A stretch of 64,000 nt of DNA. Source: a bacterium. Its GTDB lineage: Bacteria > Hydrothermota > 32-111. Location: the NCBI GenBank assembly GCA_050239825.1, contig JBFXGO010000002.1, positions 817 through 64,816 on the forward strand, written 5' to 3'. Position numbers and translations under genes: made by a program. Numbering within the stretch: position 1 is the first letter of the stretch; every line of letters begins with the position of its first letter. The notes below the pieces were generated by a model that was not told where the DNA came from, did no database searches, and was given only the letters and a program-made list of their open reading frames with translations. Positions 9,284 to 18,661 of the stretch are shown here, piece after piece.

Positions 9284-9712
9284 TTATTCAATAATTTCCC
9301 AGTATCCCAATTTATCACTGCCTATTCTTTTTATTTTGCCTTCACTCTTAAGTTTGCTTATGTTCCACTCAATGCCCCTTCGTGAAAGACCTATCACCAC
9401 TTCAAGTTCTTTAATTGTTATATTTGGTTTTTGTCTGATTGCAGAGATGATTTTCTCCACAGTTTTCTCCACAATTTTCTCCGAACTCTGCATATTTTTT
9501 CTTTTGAATGTCACTAAAAAGAAATCTCCAACTTCTTCAAAAGTAGTTTCTGATTCTAATTTCATTATCTTACCGATTCCTGTTCCCCATTTTTCTATAT
9601 ATTTAATTCTATGGAAAATTTCAGAAATTAGTTCATTTCTCCGTATTGAAATCACTGCTTCCTTTAATTGAGTAAGAGACTCTTTGAATTCCAATGTTTC
9701 TGTTTCTTTCAT
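9284..9712 (-). pseudogene. C-terminal fragment (HATPase_c_4-like plus winged-HTH) of a Schlafen/AlbA_2-type putative DNA-binding ATPase. The N-terminal domain is missing.
   Basis: KYIEKWGTGIGKIMKLESETTFEEVGDFFLVTFKRK resembles the C-terminal module of divergent-AAA/AlbA_2 family proteins. Only 142 aa. Flanked by 32-bp direct repeats. Confidence 0.45.
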
Positions 9713-9830
9713 TTAGTTTAAAACCATTTATTATAGATTTAATCTCCTTCTGATCGCCCTAATATTCAATTTATTTTATCACGAAACATACAAAATGCAA
9801 GGAAAAAAACAGTTGGGAGAAAAACATCCC

Positions 9831-9862
9831 TAATGGTTATTGGCAAAATAAAAGTCAACCGC
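9831..9862. repeat. Copy 2 of the 32-bp direct repeat
   Basis: TAATGGTTATTGGCAAAATAAAAGTCAACCGC. One mismatch to copy 1. Confidence 0.6.
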
Positions 9863-9877
9863 GGGGGAATTGATTTT

Positions 9878-10456
9878 TATGCCGAGAAAGCCTAAAATAA
9901 GAGGAATAAAACAGAAAGGAGAGTATGTAAAAAAAAAAGGATTAAAATACGTCAAAGGGATAACGGAATGTATTTTGAGGAAGGGGAAACGAAGTGTTAT
10001 ATAGCGAGGAAAACAGGAATGAGCAAGAACTTTGTGATAAGATGGACCCAATCAAGGGATCAGGATTTTACAGAGGATAACAGAGGGTGGGAGAAGGGCA
10101 AGATGCGTAAAAGGGAGAAAGACACAACTTTTATTATACTCCCCAAAAAGGTATCAAGTTTTATAGGCATAAACTCGGCAATTAAGAAGTCAGGCAAGAG
10201 TGTTAACGGCAATGGCAAAATAAGCAAAATGGGTAACAGTTATGTGAGAAAGATGTTTATGATGGGAGCCAGAACCGCAATAAACTCCAATGTTGGCTGT
10301 AAGGCGATGAACGAACGGTTGACTGCAAAGGATAAAGCATACAGAGTCAGAATGATAGCTGTCGGTCATAAACTTTTAAGACAGGCATTTGCTGTTGCTA
10401 AACAGGGTGTTAAATATAATCTTGATATTTACAATACTGTTATGCGAACCTCTTGA
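9878..10456 (+). mobile_element. Decayed mosaic transposase remnant. IS630/Tc1-like HTH N-terminal pieces in two frames, plus an IS110-family-like C-terminal segment.
   Basis: MPRKPKIRG ORF runs to a stop after about 50 codons. A second frame carries YIARKTGMSKNFVIRWTQ (HTH_Tnp-like). The C-terminus SKMGNSYVRKMFMMGARTAINSN...AKDKAYRVRMIAVGHKLLRQAFAVAKQG resembles the conserved IS110 transposase C-terminal region. No intact transposase is present. Confidence 0.5.
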
Positions 10457-10595
10457 CAAAAAGCACAGTACATGCTGAACGCCTCTATTCATTTCTCTAC
10501 AGTGAAGCAACTATCAATCCGCTAATTGCGATCGGATTTTGTCTTCTCTTCTTCTTCGAACCCGCAACTCGAAACTATTAACTTCCTTTTTGCTT

Positions 10596-10760
10596 TGCCC
10601 GCAGCACACGGTGTGCAAAGCACTCTTGCCCCCGGAATCTTCTTCAACTCTCAACTATAAACCATTAACTGTTTTTTCTTGCTCACAGCTCACGGATTAT
10701 GGCGTCTTCACTGCCCACAGCACAAGGCACATGGTGTGCGAAGCACTCTTGCCCCCGCGG
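10596..10760. repeat. Two direct copies of a GC-rich hairpin-containing motif (GCACACGGTGTGCAAAGCACTCTTGCCCCCG), 117 bp apart
   Basis: 10599-10632 and 10716-10757 share about 30 bp. Each contains the palindrome GCACAC-G-GTGTGC or GCACAT-G-GTGTGC. Confidence 0.45.
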
Positions 10761-10801
10761 CGTTGAATAATGTCATTTATTCCCCGACTGATTTAATCTC
10801 C

Positions 10802-10831
10802 ATTTTATTTTAGTCGCGACCAAAATAAAAT
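10802..10831. promoter_or_regulatory. 30-bp near-perfect palindrome ATTTTATTTTAGTCGCGACCAAAATAAAAT immediately upstream of a consensus promoter. Candidate operator or element end.
   Basis: The reverse complement differs at 2 of 30 positions. The central GTCGCGAC is itself a palindrome. Confidence 0.4.
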
Positions 10832-10847
10832 AAGCTTTAGTTTAGCC

Positions 10848-10875
10848 TTGACATAACCCGACTATTGCATATAAT
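10848..10875 (+). promoter_or_regulatory. Sigma70-type promoter. TTGACA, 16 nt spacer, TATAAT. Only 6 nt separate the -10 element from the ATG, so the transcript is possibly leaderless.
   Basis: Exact consensus hexamers at 10848-10853 and 10870-10875. ATG at 10882. Confidence 0.5.
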
Positions 10876-10881
10876 GAAATC

Positions 10882-12084
10882 ATGAAAAGAAATCTGTATA
10901 CAAATGCGCTTAACAGTATAGTGGATGATAAGAAAATTCTTCTGGTCACGGGAGCTCGTCAGTCAGGAAAGACAACAATAGCCAAACAATTTATGGATAA
11001 TTTTAAGAATGGCATTTATTTTAATTATGATTCAGATAGAAAATACCTCCTTAATAATCCAAGATTCTATGAGGAACAGAACAAAGTTGACGATTCGCCT
11101 CTTCTTGTTGTCTTTGACGAACTGCATAAATATAGAAGTTGGAAGACCTACATGAAGGGAAATTATGACAGAAACAGGGACGATTTCAGATATCTCGTCA
11201 CTGGAAGCGGAGACCTTAACATATCTTATAAAACGAAGGAATCACTGGCGGGAAGATTTGAATTGATTCATGTTTTCCCATTCACATTGAATGAGTTTTT
11301 CAATCGGTGTTCTTATGACGAATTTTTCAGCAATCCGATCGGAATGCCGGGCAGTTTAGGCAGTAGAAATTCATTTGATACAATGAATGGCTTACTTAAT
11401 ATCTCGCCGTTTCCGGAGCCGTTTTTGAAATCATCGAAACAGTTTTATAAGAGATGGTCAAAATCATACTTCCCGCAGATTATAAATATTGACTTAAAAT
11501 ACAGCGCCGTTTTTCATGAACTGGATAAACTGGAGACGCTTTTTGATATTCTTTCATTAAAAGTGTGCTCCGGATTTTCATATAGCAATGTGGCAAATGA
11601 CATTGAAGTCTCGCCGCCTACAGTGAAGCAGTGGATGAAGCTTCTTGAGAGTCATTTTTTGACATTCTCGTTAGCCCCTTACGGCAAATTCTCGCGCACC
11701 ATTAAAAAGCAGAGAAAGGTTTATTTATATGATTACGGAAGAATAGAGAACGAATCATCGAAATATGAGAATTTTGTCGCATTGGAACTTTTTAGGTTTG
11801 TTAAGAATGCAAATGATTTTGGAGAATCCGTAAACATGTTTTATGTTAAGGACAAAGATCAAAGGGAAGTGGATTTCATCATAACTTATAACGGAAAACC
11901 GTTTTTACTTATTGAAGCTAAAGAAAACGATGAGGATACAAAAAATTTAAAACATTTTCAAACTATATTTAAAATTCCTGCAGTTCTTTTGGTAAGAAAA
12001 TCTGGGATTCACAAACTCTTAACCAATGGTGAACACAAAATCACAGTAATATCAGCCGACAAATTCCTTTCAACTCTTCCTTGA
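10882..12084 (+). CDS. AAA-family ATPase with C-terminal DUF4143-like domain (COG1373-type ATP-binding protein)
   Basis: Walker A LVTGARQSGKTT. Walker B-like VVFDELH. Overall architecture typical of the AAA_14/DUF4143 family. Confidence 0.8.
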   Translation: MKRNLYTNALNSIVDDKKILLVTGARQSGKTTIAKQFMDNFKNGIYFNYDSDRKYLLNNPRFYEEQNKVDDSPLLVVFDELHKYRSWKTYMKGNYDRNRDDFRYLVTGSGDLNISYKTKESLAGRFELIHVFPFTLNEFFNRCSYDEFFSNPIGMPGSLGSRNSFDTMNGLLNISPFPEPFLKSSKQFYKRWSKSYFPQIINIDLKYSAVFHELDKLETLFDILSLKVCSGFSYSNVANDIEVSPPTVKQWMKLLESHFLTFSLAPYGKFSRTIKKQRKVYLYDYGRIENESSKYENFVALELFRFVKNANDFGESVNMFYVKDKDQREVDFIITYNGKPFLLIEAKENDEDTKNLKHFQTIFKIPAVLLVRKSGIHKLLTNGEHKITVISADKFLSTLP

Positions 12085-12265
12085 CTCTTTACCTTATTCC
12101 ACCAGTGTACACTTCCGTCATCTTTATGAGCATTTTCAGAAAATCCTTTTCAAGAAACGGTTTTTTTAAAACTATCAGCTTCATTGAATTTATAAAAATA
12201 TTTTCAAAGTCGGCGCAATCATACTCTGTAAGCAGCAGAACCCTATCGGTGCTTCTAATAAGATT

Positions 12266-12460
12266 TTAATTATCGTCCCTGAACATATCAAGGTCGGTTG
12301 CCTGTGCGTCAATCACTATAATCCTCTCCTCATCTTCAGAGTCTCTCAACTCCGACGGGGTCTTGACGGCAACACCGTACCCGTTCTTCTCAAGAATGAA
12401 CTTCAGGGATAACAGGTGCGGGTTATTGCCGTCAATGAGGATTATATTCTTATCTTTCAT
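12266..12460 (-). CDS. Small ORF with weak resemblance to a CheY-like receiver N-terminus. Possibly a degenerate fragment.
   Basis: MKDKNIILIDGNNPHLL resembles MKK.ILIVDDN with D to G substitutions. Only 64 aa. Confidence 0.2.
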   Translation of the reverse strand: MKDKNIILIDGNNPHLLSLKFILEKNGYGVAVKTPSELRDSEDEERIIVIDAQATDLDMFRDDN

Positions 12461-12462
12461 AA

Positions 12463-12621
12463 TTATTCGTTCTGAAAGACCGTGTTGTTTTTATCGATTG
12501 TGTAACTCTCTTTGCTTCCGTTCATAGATCCGTCAAGATAAGTCATTTCTATTATGCTGAGCGCGGCAAGAACATTAAAGAAAGTCAGGGTAATTTCAAT
12601 CTTTCTCATTATCTGTTTCAT
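12463..12621 (-). CDS. Small hypothetical protein (52 aa) with hydrophobic N-terminal half, directly upstream of 12266-12460
   Basis: Manually found. The ATG is preceded by GGAGGAAAAATG (strong SD) on the minus strand. Not in the supplied ORF track because it is under the length cutoff. Confidence 0.25.
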   Translation of the reverse strand: MKQIMRKIEITLTFFNVLAALSIIEMTYLDGSMNGSKESYTIDKNNTVFQNE

Positions 12622-12982
12622 TTTTCCTCCTTATATCGACTGTATTGTTTTAAAATTCTTTTCAGCTCTCATTACCTTGGATACAGAGACCACTGTATTC
12701 ACCTCAACAAAGACAATCGCCAGAACAAAAACCGCAAGAGGATTCCCTGCGCCGCTCTTTGAACTTTCTGTTTCATAAAAACCTCCATTTTTAAAGTTAA
12801 CATACTCTAACGCACTATCCGTGCCACACAAATATATTCGCATAACACGCGTGACAACAACAACTTGCGTTTTATAAAACCTGTTTAGAAGGGAGGAATT
12901 CGGTGCGACAAAAGTTTACATTGTTTTCTCTATAAATATCTGTTTCGCGGAAATTTTTTAAGGGGGGGTCTGTTATATTAAT

Positions 12983-14080
12983 TTAAATTAAAGTAATCTT
13001 TGATGAATAGATGATTTTTTTATTATCAAATATTTTTACAAAATATATCCCGTTATTAAGAAACTTAATTGAAAACTCTTTTGTTTTCACTTCACTTCTA
13101 AGCAAGACTCTTCCTGAAACATCCGTAATTGTTATCTTCACAGATAAATGTTCATCAATAGAATTAATAAAAAGGATTCTCTCCTTCATATCAAATACTG
13201 CGCAGGATTTCCTCTCCTTAGAAGGTTTAAGAGCAAAATCCTCCTGCAGATTCATCCACGGGAAGTAGATTCTTCTGGCAAGAGTTGTATCTATTATGAA
13301 TGGATTCGGTTTATTCTGCTGATAAGTCGCTATTTTGTTTGTGCGCCACAATTCCCTTGCATCAACCGGTTCCCTGTAATGCCATGCAAGAAGAGTATCT
13401 ATCTGTTCTTTCCAGAATGATGTGTCGGAATCAAGGGCGATATACTGGGATTTATACATCGTATAAAAGTAAAACATTGAGCGGGATGCGTTTCCCTTGT
13501 GATCTTCGCGCGGTTCAAACCTCACTCCGGTTAAAAGCTCACTGTAAAAGTTAATGTTTGATGTCGGTATTGAAGTTATATATGAATTATTATAGTACCA
13601 CTTGTTTGTTGATGCGTCGGATATCTCACCGAACGGCAGGTTCCCCCTTGCAGAATTGACATCAATCTCTGTCGGATACAAATGATGAAGATCTCCCTCT
13701 CCAAGACCCGAAGCGCCCAATGACTGTGGCCATGTGTGTTCGCAGTTGATGCCATTATTGTAAGCATATGTGGAGGGGTCCTGACCTGCAACCATATAGA
13801 CCGAGTATGCAGAATAAACACAGGTCAGGTAACCGTCTATCTTGTCTATAACTCCATAGAGAGTGTCCCTTCCTGCATCATATCCCAGATTTGAGCTTGA
13901 CTTATAGTACTTTACAACAGAATCAGCCAAAGCAGAGCCTGTGACTCCCGGAAAGAGTATATCTTCATAAGAGAGGAGAGCCACTAAGAGCAATGATACA
14001 AGAAATATTTTTTTCACATTATATATGATAATGTTTTTTTTCGGTTTGGCAATAGATATGTAAACTAATGTCTCATCCAT
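12983..14080 (-). CDS. Secreted endonuclease I family (EndA/NucM-like) nuclease with a C-terminal type IX secretion sorting domain
   Basis: CEHTWPQSLGASG...DLHHLYPT matches the endonuclease_1 family core. C-terminal ~80 aa (ITITDVSGRVLLRSEV...NGIYFVKIFDNKKIIYSSKITLI) has T9SS CTD character. N-terminal signal-like hydrophobic segment. Confidence 0.7.
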   Translation of the reverse strand: MDETLVYISIAKPKKNIIIYNVKKIFLVSLLLVALLSYEDILFPGVTGSALADSVVKYYKSSSNLGYDAGRDTLYGVIDKIDGYLTCVYSAYSVYMVAGQDPSTYAYNNGINCEHTWPQSLGASGLGEGDLHHLYPTEIDVNSARGNLPFGEISDASTNKWYYNNSYITSIPTSNINFYSELLTGVRFEPREDHKGNASRSMFYFYTMYKSQYIALDSDTSFWKEQIDTLLAWHYREPVDARELWRTNKIATYQQNKPNPFIIDTTLARRIYFPWMNLQEDFALKPSKERKSCAVFDMKERILFINSIDEHLSVKITITDVSGRVLLRSEVKTKEFSIKFLNNGIYFVKIFDNKKIIYSSKITLI

Positions 14081-14287
14081 TCATTCTCTGCTCTGGACTT
14101 AATGTCCCTTCATTCAATGTGTTAACATCTGGCATAGTTTATGATTATGTTAAAAGAAAAACAGGAGGTAAAGATGAAAAAACTTTGTGTACCGTTGGGG
14201 AGGGTTTACACCTCTTCAACATTCCACTTTATCCGTGTCTGTTTTTGATTCTATTGCAAATTTTTCAGGGAGGATTATAGTATTCTT

Positions 14288-15157
14288 ATGGCAAAATTCC
14301 TTATCATTCAAAATCCTGTGGCAGGAAACGGGTCTTCCGTTGAATATCTCCCCGAAATAATTTCAACAATCGAAAGATTGAAAATTCCTTATGTTTTAAA
14401 AAAGACATCTGAGAAGTTTGATGCGCAAAAACATGTCAAAGAGTGGATGACTCCGGATATCACAGATATTGTTGTTGTCGGAGGAGACGGAACTCTAAAT
14501 GAAGTTGTGAATGGGTTATATCCGCATCTGAAGCCGATACGGCTGATAAGCACGGGCACAGGGAATGACCTCGTGAAAAATCTGAAAGATTACACAATGG
14601 ACAATCTATTTCTCACAAATGATTTTCATGCAATAGATTTGTTTACAGTAAATGACACTGTCGGGATAAATGCGCTCGGACTGGGTTTTGACGGAGAGGT
14701 TGTAAGCGAGATGGATGAAAAAAACCTCAAAATAAACGGAATGTTCGCCTACATGATTTTTGTTCTTTCCAAGCTCTTTAAATTCCGCGCTCCGCGGTAT
14801 CATATAACTGCTGATGGTATAGATTACAGGGGAAAATACTACATTACATGCGTGGGAAACGGAAAAGCTGTCGGAGGGGGATTTTTCTTGACTCCCAAAG
14901 CGCACATTGAAGACGGAAATCTTGATATTTGCCTCATCAGTGACATTCCTATGATTTTAAGACCCTATTATCTTATTAAAGTCATGATGAAAATACATCC
15001 CGGAGATAAAAAGGTTATTTATAAACAGTTCAAAGAGATGATTATAAGAAGTTCAAGAAATATTATGGGGCAGGTTGACGGTCAGCTTGTAACAGGCAAA
15101 GAATTTGTTGTGAAGATTGTAAATGAAAAACTTCATATAGTCTCCCACAAACACTGA
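14288..15157 (+). CDS. Diacylglycerol/lipid kinase catalytic-domain protein (DAGK_cat; YegS/BmrU-like)
   Basis: IVVVGGDGTLNEVVNGL motif and overall length and architecture of the DAGK_cat family. Confidence 0.8.
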   Translation: MAKFLIIQNPVAGNGSSVEYLPEIISTIERLKIPYVLKKTSEKFDAQKHVKEWMTPDITDIVVVGGDGTLNEVVNGLYPHLKPIRLISTGTGNDLVKNLKDYTMDNLFLTNDFHAIDLFTVNDTVGINALGLGFDGEVVSEMDEKNLKINGMFAYMIFVLSKLFKFRAPRYHITADGIDYRGKYYITCVGNGKAVGGGFFLTPKAHIEDGNLDICLISDIPMILRPYYLIKVMMKIHPGDKKVIYKQFKEMIIRSSRNIMGQVDGQLVTGKEFVVKIVNEKLHIVSHKH

Positions 15158-15173
15158 TTTTTTCAATCCCCCT

Positions 15174-15672
15174 GTAAAGACAAAATCTTACTCAGCAGTG
15201 TCACCCTGAACGCTTCTATGGTTATGACTATCGTGAAGGGTCTATCAGTTTATTGCTTATTGATAATTGAAGATTGAGCTGGGGCTGCACGCGGGCATAG
15301 CGTCGACTCACACACTCCGCTTCGCCGCTTTATCAAGATGGGAAAGCGGAGCAAGGGGTCGGCCACTTGATGGGCGTCTGCGCGGAGCGTCCTCGCCGAC
15401 TTGTAGCTTTCACTTTCAATAAGTTAATTAATTGATTGTCCTCATGAGAAGCATTGAAAAGACGAGCGCTGTGGACAGGCTTCTCATTCGGAATTGTAAA
15501 GACAAAATATTAATCAGCAGTATATTGAGTTATGACTGTACTGGAATTTTTCCTCGGAACTGTAAAGGCAATTTATTTACTCAGCTCCCCGTATTATGCG
15601 CATGGCACACGGCTCATGGCTCAAGGCTGATTTTGTGGCTGCACGCTGGCATAGCGTCGGCTCACACAACAA
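15174..15672. repeat. Second locus of the mosaic interspersed repeat family. It holds module B, one full GC-rich core, module C and one truncated core.
   Basis: 15174-15420 is near-identical to 54478-54720. 15540-15672 matches 54770-54900. The array starts 17 bp after the dagK-like stop codon. Confidence 0.9.
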
Positions 15673-15883
15673 AGAGAGTTGAAAAGTAAAAGAGTTAAAA
15701 TGTAGAAGGATTAAACAGAAGAAAAGTAAAAAATAAGAAATCAATTTTTAGCTTTTGTACTCTTTTACTCTCTCTTACCTCTTACTTTTCTTTCTTATAC
15801 CTTCACATCTTCTCATTAGGCAAACACAAATCTTGACTGAATCTATTTTTTGCATTATCATTATTTTTTAACAAGGAGTTGAT

Positions 15884-18661
15884 ATGGAGAAAAGAATCTC
15901 TCTTTTGCTTTCTTTTGTTTTGATACTTATTTTCATAAATCTTCACTCTCAAATCAGCGGTTTTGTATTTGATTCCGCAAACGGTCTCCCGCTATACGGA
16001 GTCGAGGTGAAATCAAATGGGAATTTTCTATGCATTAGCGACATCAACGGATATTTTCATGCGGATACACCCGACACAGAAGAGGTATCACTATCATTTT
16101 CAAAGGATGGTTATTCAAAAAAGGTTTTTAAGGAGAATTCTTCTTCAGGTTTCGTCACCATAAAACTTCTTCCCGCCAATGTTGATGTTTATTCTTCATT
16201 TACAAGATATTACAGGGATGCTTCACAGCTGAAATACTTTTCAAGAATGAGCTCAGCTGACAACTTAAACACTCTGCCGGGCAATGTCTCAGGCAGATAC
16301 TCAAGGCTTGGAAGAGATAATTTTATTCTCTATTCCCTCAACTCTGCATCAATTCCATCTTCAAGGGAAATCGCTTTTTTTGACTATGACAGAGCAATCT
16401 ACTCCCCCTCCGGGTATATCAATTCCTTCTCTGACAATTTGAGCGGAAGAGTTGATTTTATAACTGACGACACATTCAACAAAGACGGCTTCAATGCAGA
16501 GCTTGAGGGTTTTCAGAATTATCTCTCATTGGGAAGCGGATTTCGCAGATTTTCTCTCTCTTATCAGAATGCAATCGGACACAAGACATCCTATTCGATA
16601 GACGCATCCATGTTATCATCAGATGAAAAGTCACTTCTCTTCATGAGGCGGCCCTCACATGTTTATGCAAATATTGATACTGAGAATTATGCGTTCAAAT
16701 ACACATTTTATGATTATTTTGTGAACGGAGAGAATGAACTTGATTCTTTACATTCGACTCTTACCTGGACAGAAGATTCTATCCCATTTTTTTCGGAGAG
16801 GATAGAGACTCTCTTTATTAATGACACCCTCTCTGTTGTAAAGAGATCCGCTGTTTTGGATACCGTGATAAGAAACAGATTCACCGATGACTATTTTGAC
16901 AAGACAATGTCTAATCCTCCGCACACTGCGACGAGGGATTATTCTACCACGCTCTCATTAAAGAGCAACATTTTTGAAAATGCTCTCTTGGGAGCATCAT
17001 TATATCTCTTCTCCGAAAATAAAGAACTTTATAGTTCCGCATACAGATACAATGAAGAGGATTTTGCTTCTTCTTTAAGAAATGGCTATTTTTTAAAGGC
17101 ATCAGCCATGATTTACATGGGCGGGTCGCGCTCACTGAGCATCCAAATATCAAACGGATATACTCATGATAAAACAGCGCCATCACATATTGACACAATG
17201 ATTGCCATTCATGATGACGGAACAACCGACACCCTCTTTCCGAAAGTCAATTCTCCTCTTGAGGCAATTCTGGATCCGTTCAACCTCTTCGAATATGATG
17301 ATTTCATGAATCTGGAGTATGACACAACCCCTTACTATAATGATTATCCATATATGACTCTCTATTGTGGTTATGAGGGAAAGTACGGTTATTATATTGA
17401 GAAGAACACAACTACAAATGCACTCTGCGTTGACTATTCGATGAACTTCCTGCAGGGAAACAGAATAACATCGGGAGCCGGAGTCAAGCAGAAGAGTTAC
17501 TCACAGACAAGTGTCTTTCTTCCCTGGGACCCATACTATTTTAAGGATACATATTCGACTTCCTCTCTCTTCGCATACGGCTACATAAGGGATGCATTTG
17601 AAAGAAACGGTGTTTTTCTTGATATGAATATCAAGACAGATTTTGTATCAAGAAGCGGAGTGGCTGTTGAAGATTCTATTGTCGGAGAATCAAATAGCGC
17701 GGTTCTATCATACAGGTTCGGGTTGAGGGATATGCTGAATGAATACTCATCAATCAGATTCTCTGCTGAAAGGGCTATTCAACAGACAGACGAGACATAC
17801 CTCTTCTCCTACAGAACAGATGAAATATTTTCAAACAAACAATACGGAGACCCGCTCATTGCGCCCGCATCCTCCGGTTTATACGATTTTGGATTCGCCT
17901 TTGACCTCCCATCGGGAATATATCTCAATTCAAGCATCTTTTACAGGGAGTTTGAGAACCTTATTAATACAGTGAGAATTGAAACGGTTCCGTCCCCATA
18001 CAATATTTACAAAGCAAACGGTTACCTCTATGGAAAGGGTTTTGAAATTCTCTGCGGTTTAAAAAGAAGATACATTGACATTGAGGGGAGCTACACATTT
18101 TCAACCTGCATCGAATCTGTTGACTCTTTGGATTACATAAGGTCATTCTACCCGGATTACAGTTCAAGACATAAGATAAACATCCTTCACACATTCAAAA
18201 TGCCCTTCTCCAAAGACGATAAAAATGACCTCATTCTATCCGTAAATCACAGCTTCCGTTCGGGAATGCCGGCAAATGAGGGCGATGGAAATTATTACAT
18301 TTTACCGGATCTTTATCTGGCGGATTTGGCTCTCATCAAGCAAATCTTCTTTGAGAACCGTTCCATTCATTTTTATTTTAATGTCTCCAATCTCTTCAAT
18401 GCAGAGACCATGATTAGAGTCTATTCAAATACTCTCGACCCTGACAGGGACTGGACTGAAGAGTTGGATGCCGACACATTTGCCCAGTACAGAATCGGAG
18501 AGACCGGCTATGATGTGAGAAAGGATGCAGACAGAGATGGAATTGTTTCAAGCGAAGAAAATTATGATTTCACTCTCGGAATGTACTATGATAGAGCTTA
18601 TAATCCTTATAATTACACAACACCGAGGGAGTTCTCTTTCGGATTAAGAATAGGTATTTAG
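15884..18661 (+). CDS. Outer-membrane beta-barrel protein with an N-terminal carboxypeptidase-regulatory-like (CarboxypepD_reg) domain. No plug or TonB box recognised.
   Basis: Signal peptide MEKRISLLLSFVLILIFINLHS. GFVFDSANGLPLYGVEVKSNG is typical of CarboxypepD_reg. Long Tyr/Asp/Ser-rich body with alternating pattern. C-terminal residues FSFGLRIGI. Confidence 0.55.
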   Translation: MEKRISLLLSFVLILIFINLHSQISGFVFDSANGLPLYGVEVKSNGNFLCISDINGYFHADTPDTEEVSLSFSKDGYSKKVFKENSSSGFVTIKLLPANVDVYSSFTRYYRDASQLKYFSRMSSADNLNTLPGNVSGRYSRLGRDNFILYSLNSASIPSSREIAFFDYDRAIYSPSGYINSFSDNLSGRVDFITDDTFNKDGFNAELEGFQNYLSLGSGFRRFSLSYQNAIGHKTSYSIDASMLSSDEKSLLFMRRPSHVYANIDTENYAFKYTFYDYFVNGENELDSLHSTLTWTEDSIPFFSERIETLFINDTLSVVKRSAVLDTVIRNRFTDDYFDKTMSNPPHTATRDYSTTLSLKSNIFENALLGASLYLFSENKELYSSAYRYNEEDFASSLRNGYFLKASAMIYMGGSRSLSIQISNGYTHDKTAPSHIDTMIAIHDDGTTDTLFPKVNSPLEAILDPFNLFEYDDFMNLEYDTTPYYNDYPYMTLYCGYEGKYGYYIEKNTTTNALCVDYSMNFLQGNRITSGAGVKQKSYSQTSVFLPWDPYYFKDTYSTSSLFAYGYIRDAFERNGVFLDMNIKTDFVSRSGVAVEDSIVGESNSAVLSYRFGLRDMLNEYSSIRFSAERAIQQTDETYLFSYRTDEIFSNKQYGDPLIAPASSGLYDFGFAFDLPSGIYLNSSIFYREFENLINTVRIETVPSPYNIYKANGYLYGKGFEILCGLKRRYIDIEGSYTFSTCIESVDSLDYIRSFYPDYSSRHKINILHTFKMPFSKDDKNDLILSVNHSFRSGMPANEGDGNYYILPDLYLADLALIKQIFFENRSIHFYFNVSNLFNAETMIRVYSNTLDPDRDWTEELDADTFAQYRIGETGYDVRKDADRDGIVSSEENYDFTLGMYYDRAYNPYNYTTPREFSFGLRIGI

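Noticed and set aside
8784-12300. Active insertion sequence or prophage
   Set aside because: No intact transposase, integrase or terminal inverted repeat pair is present. Only fragmentary, multi-frame remnants remain.
15432-15689. 85-aa ORF and similar ORFs inside the repeat loci (such as 55552-55803)
   Set aside because: They lie entirely within GC-rich repeat DNA, have no RBS, and their frames are not conserved between repeat copies. They are artefacts of low stop-codon density in GC-rich sequence.
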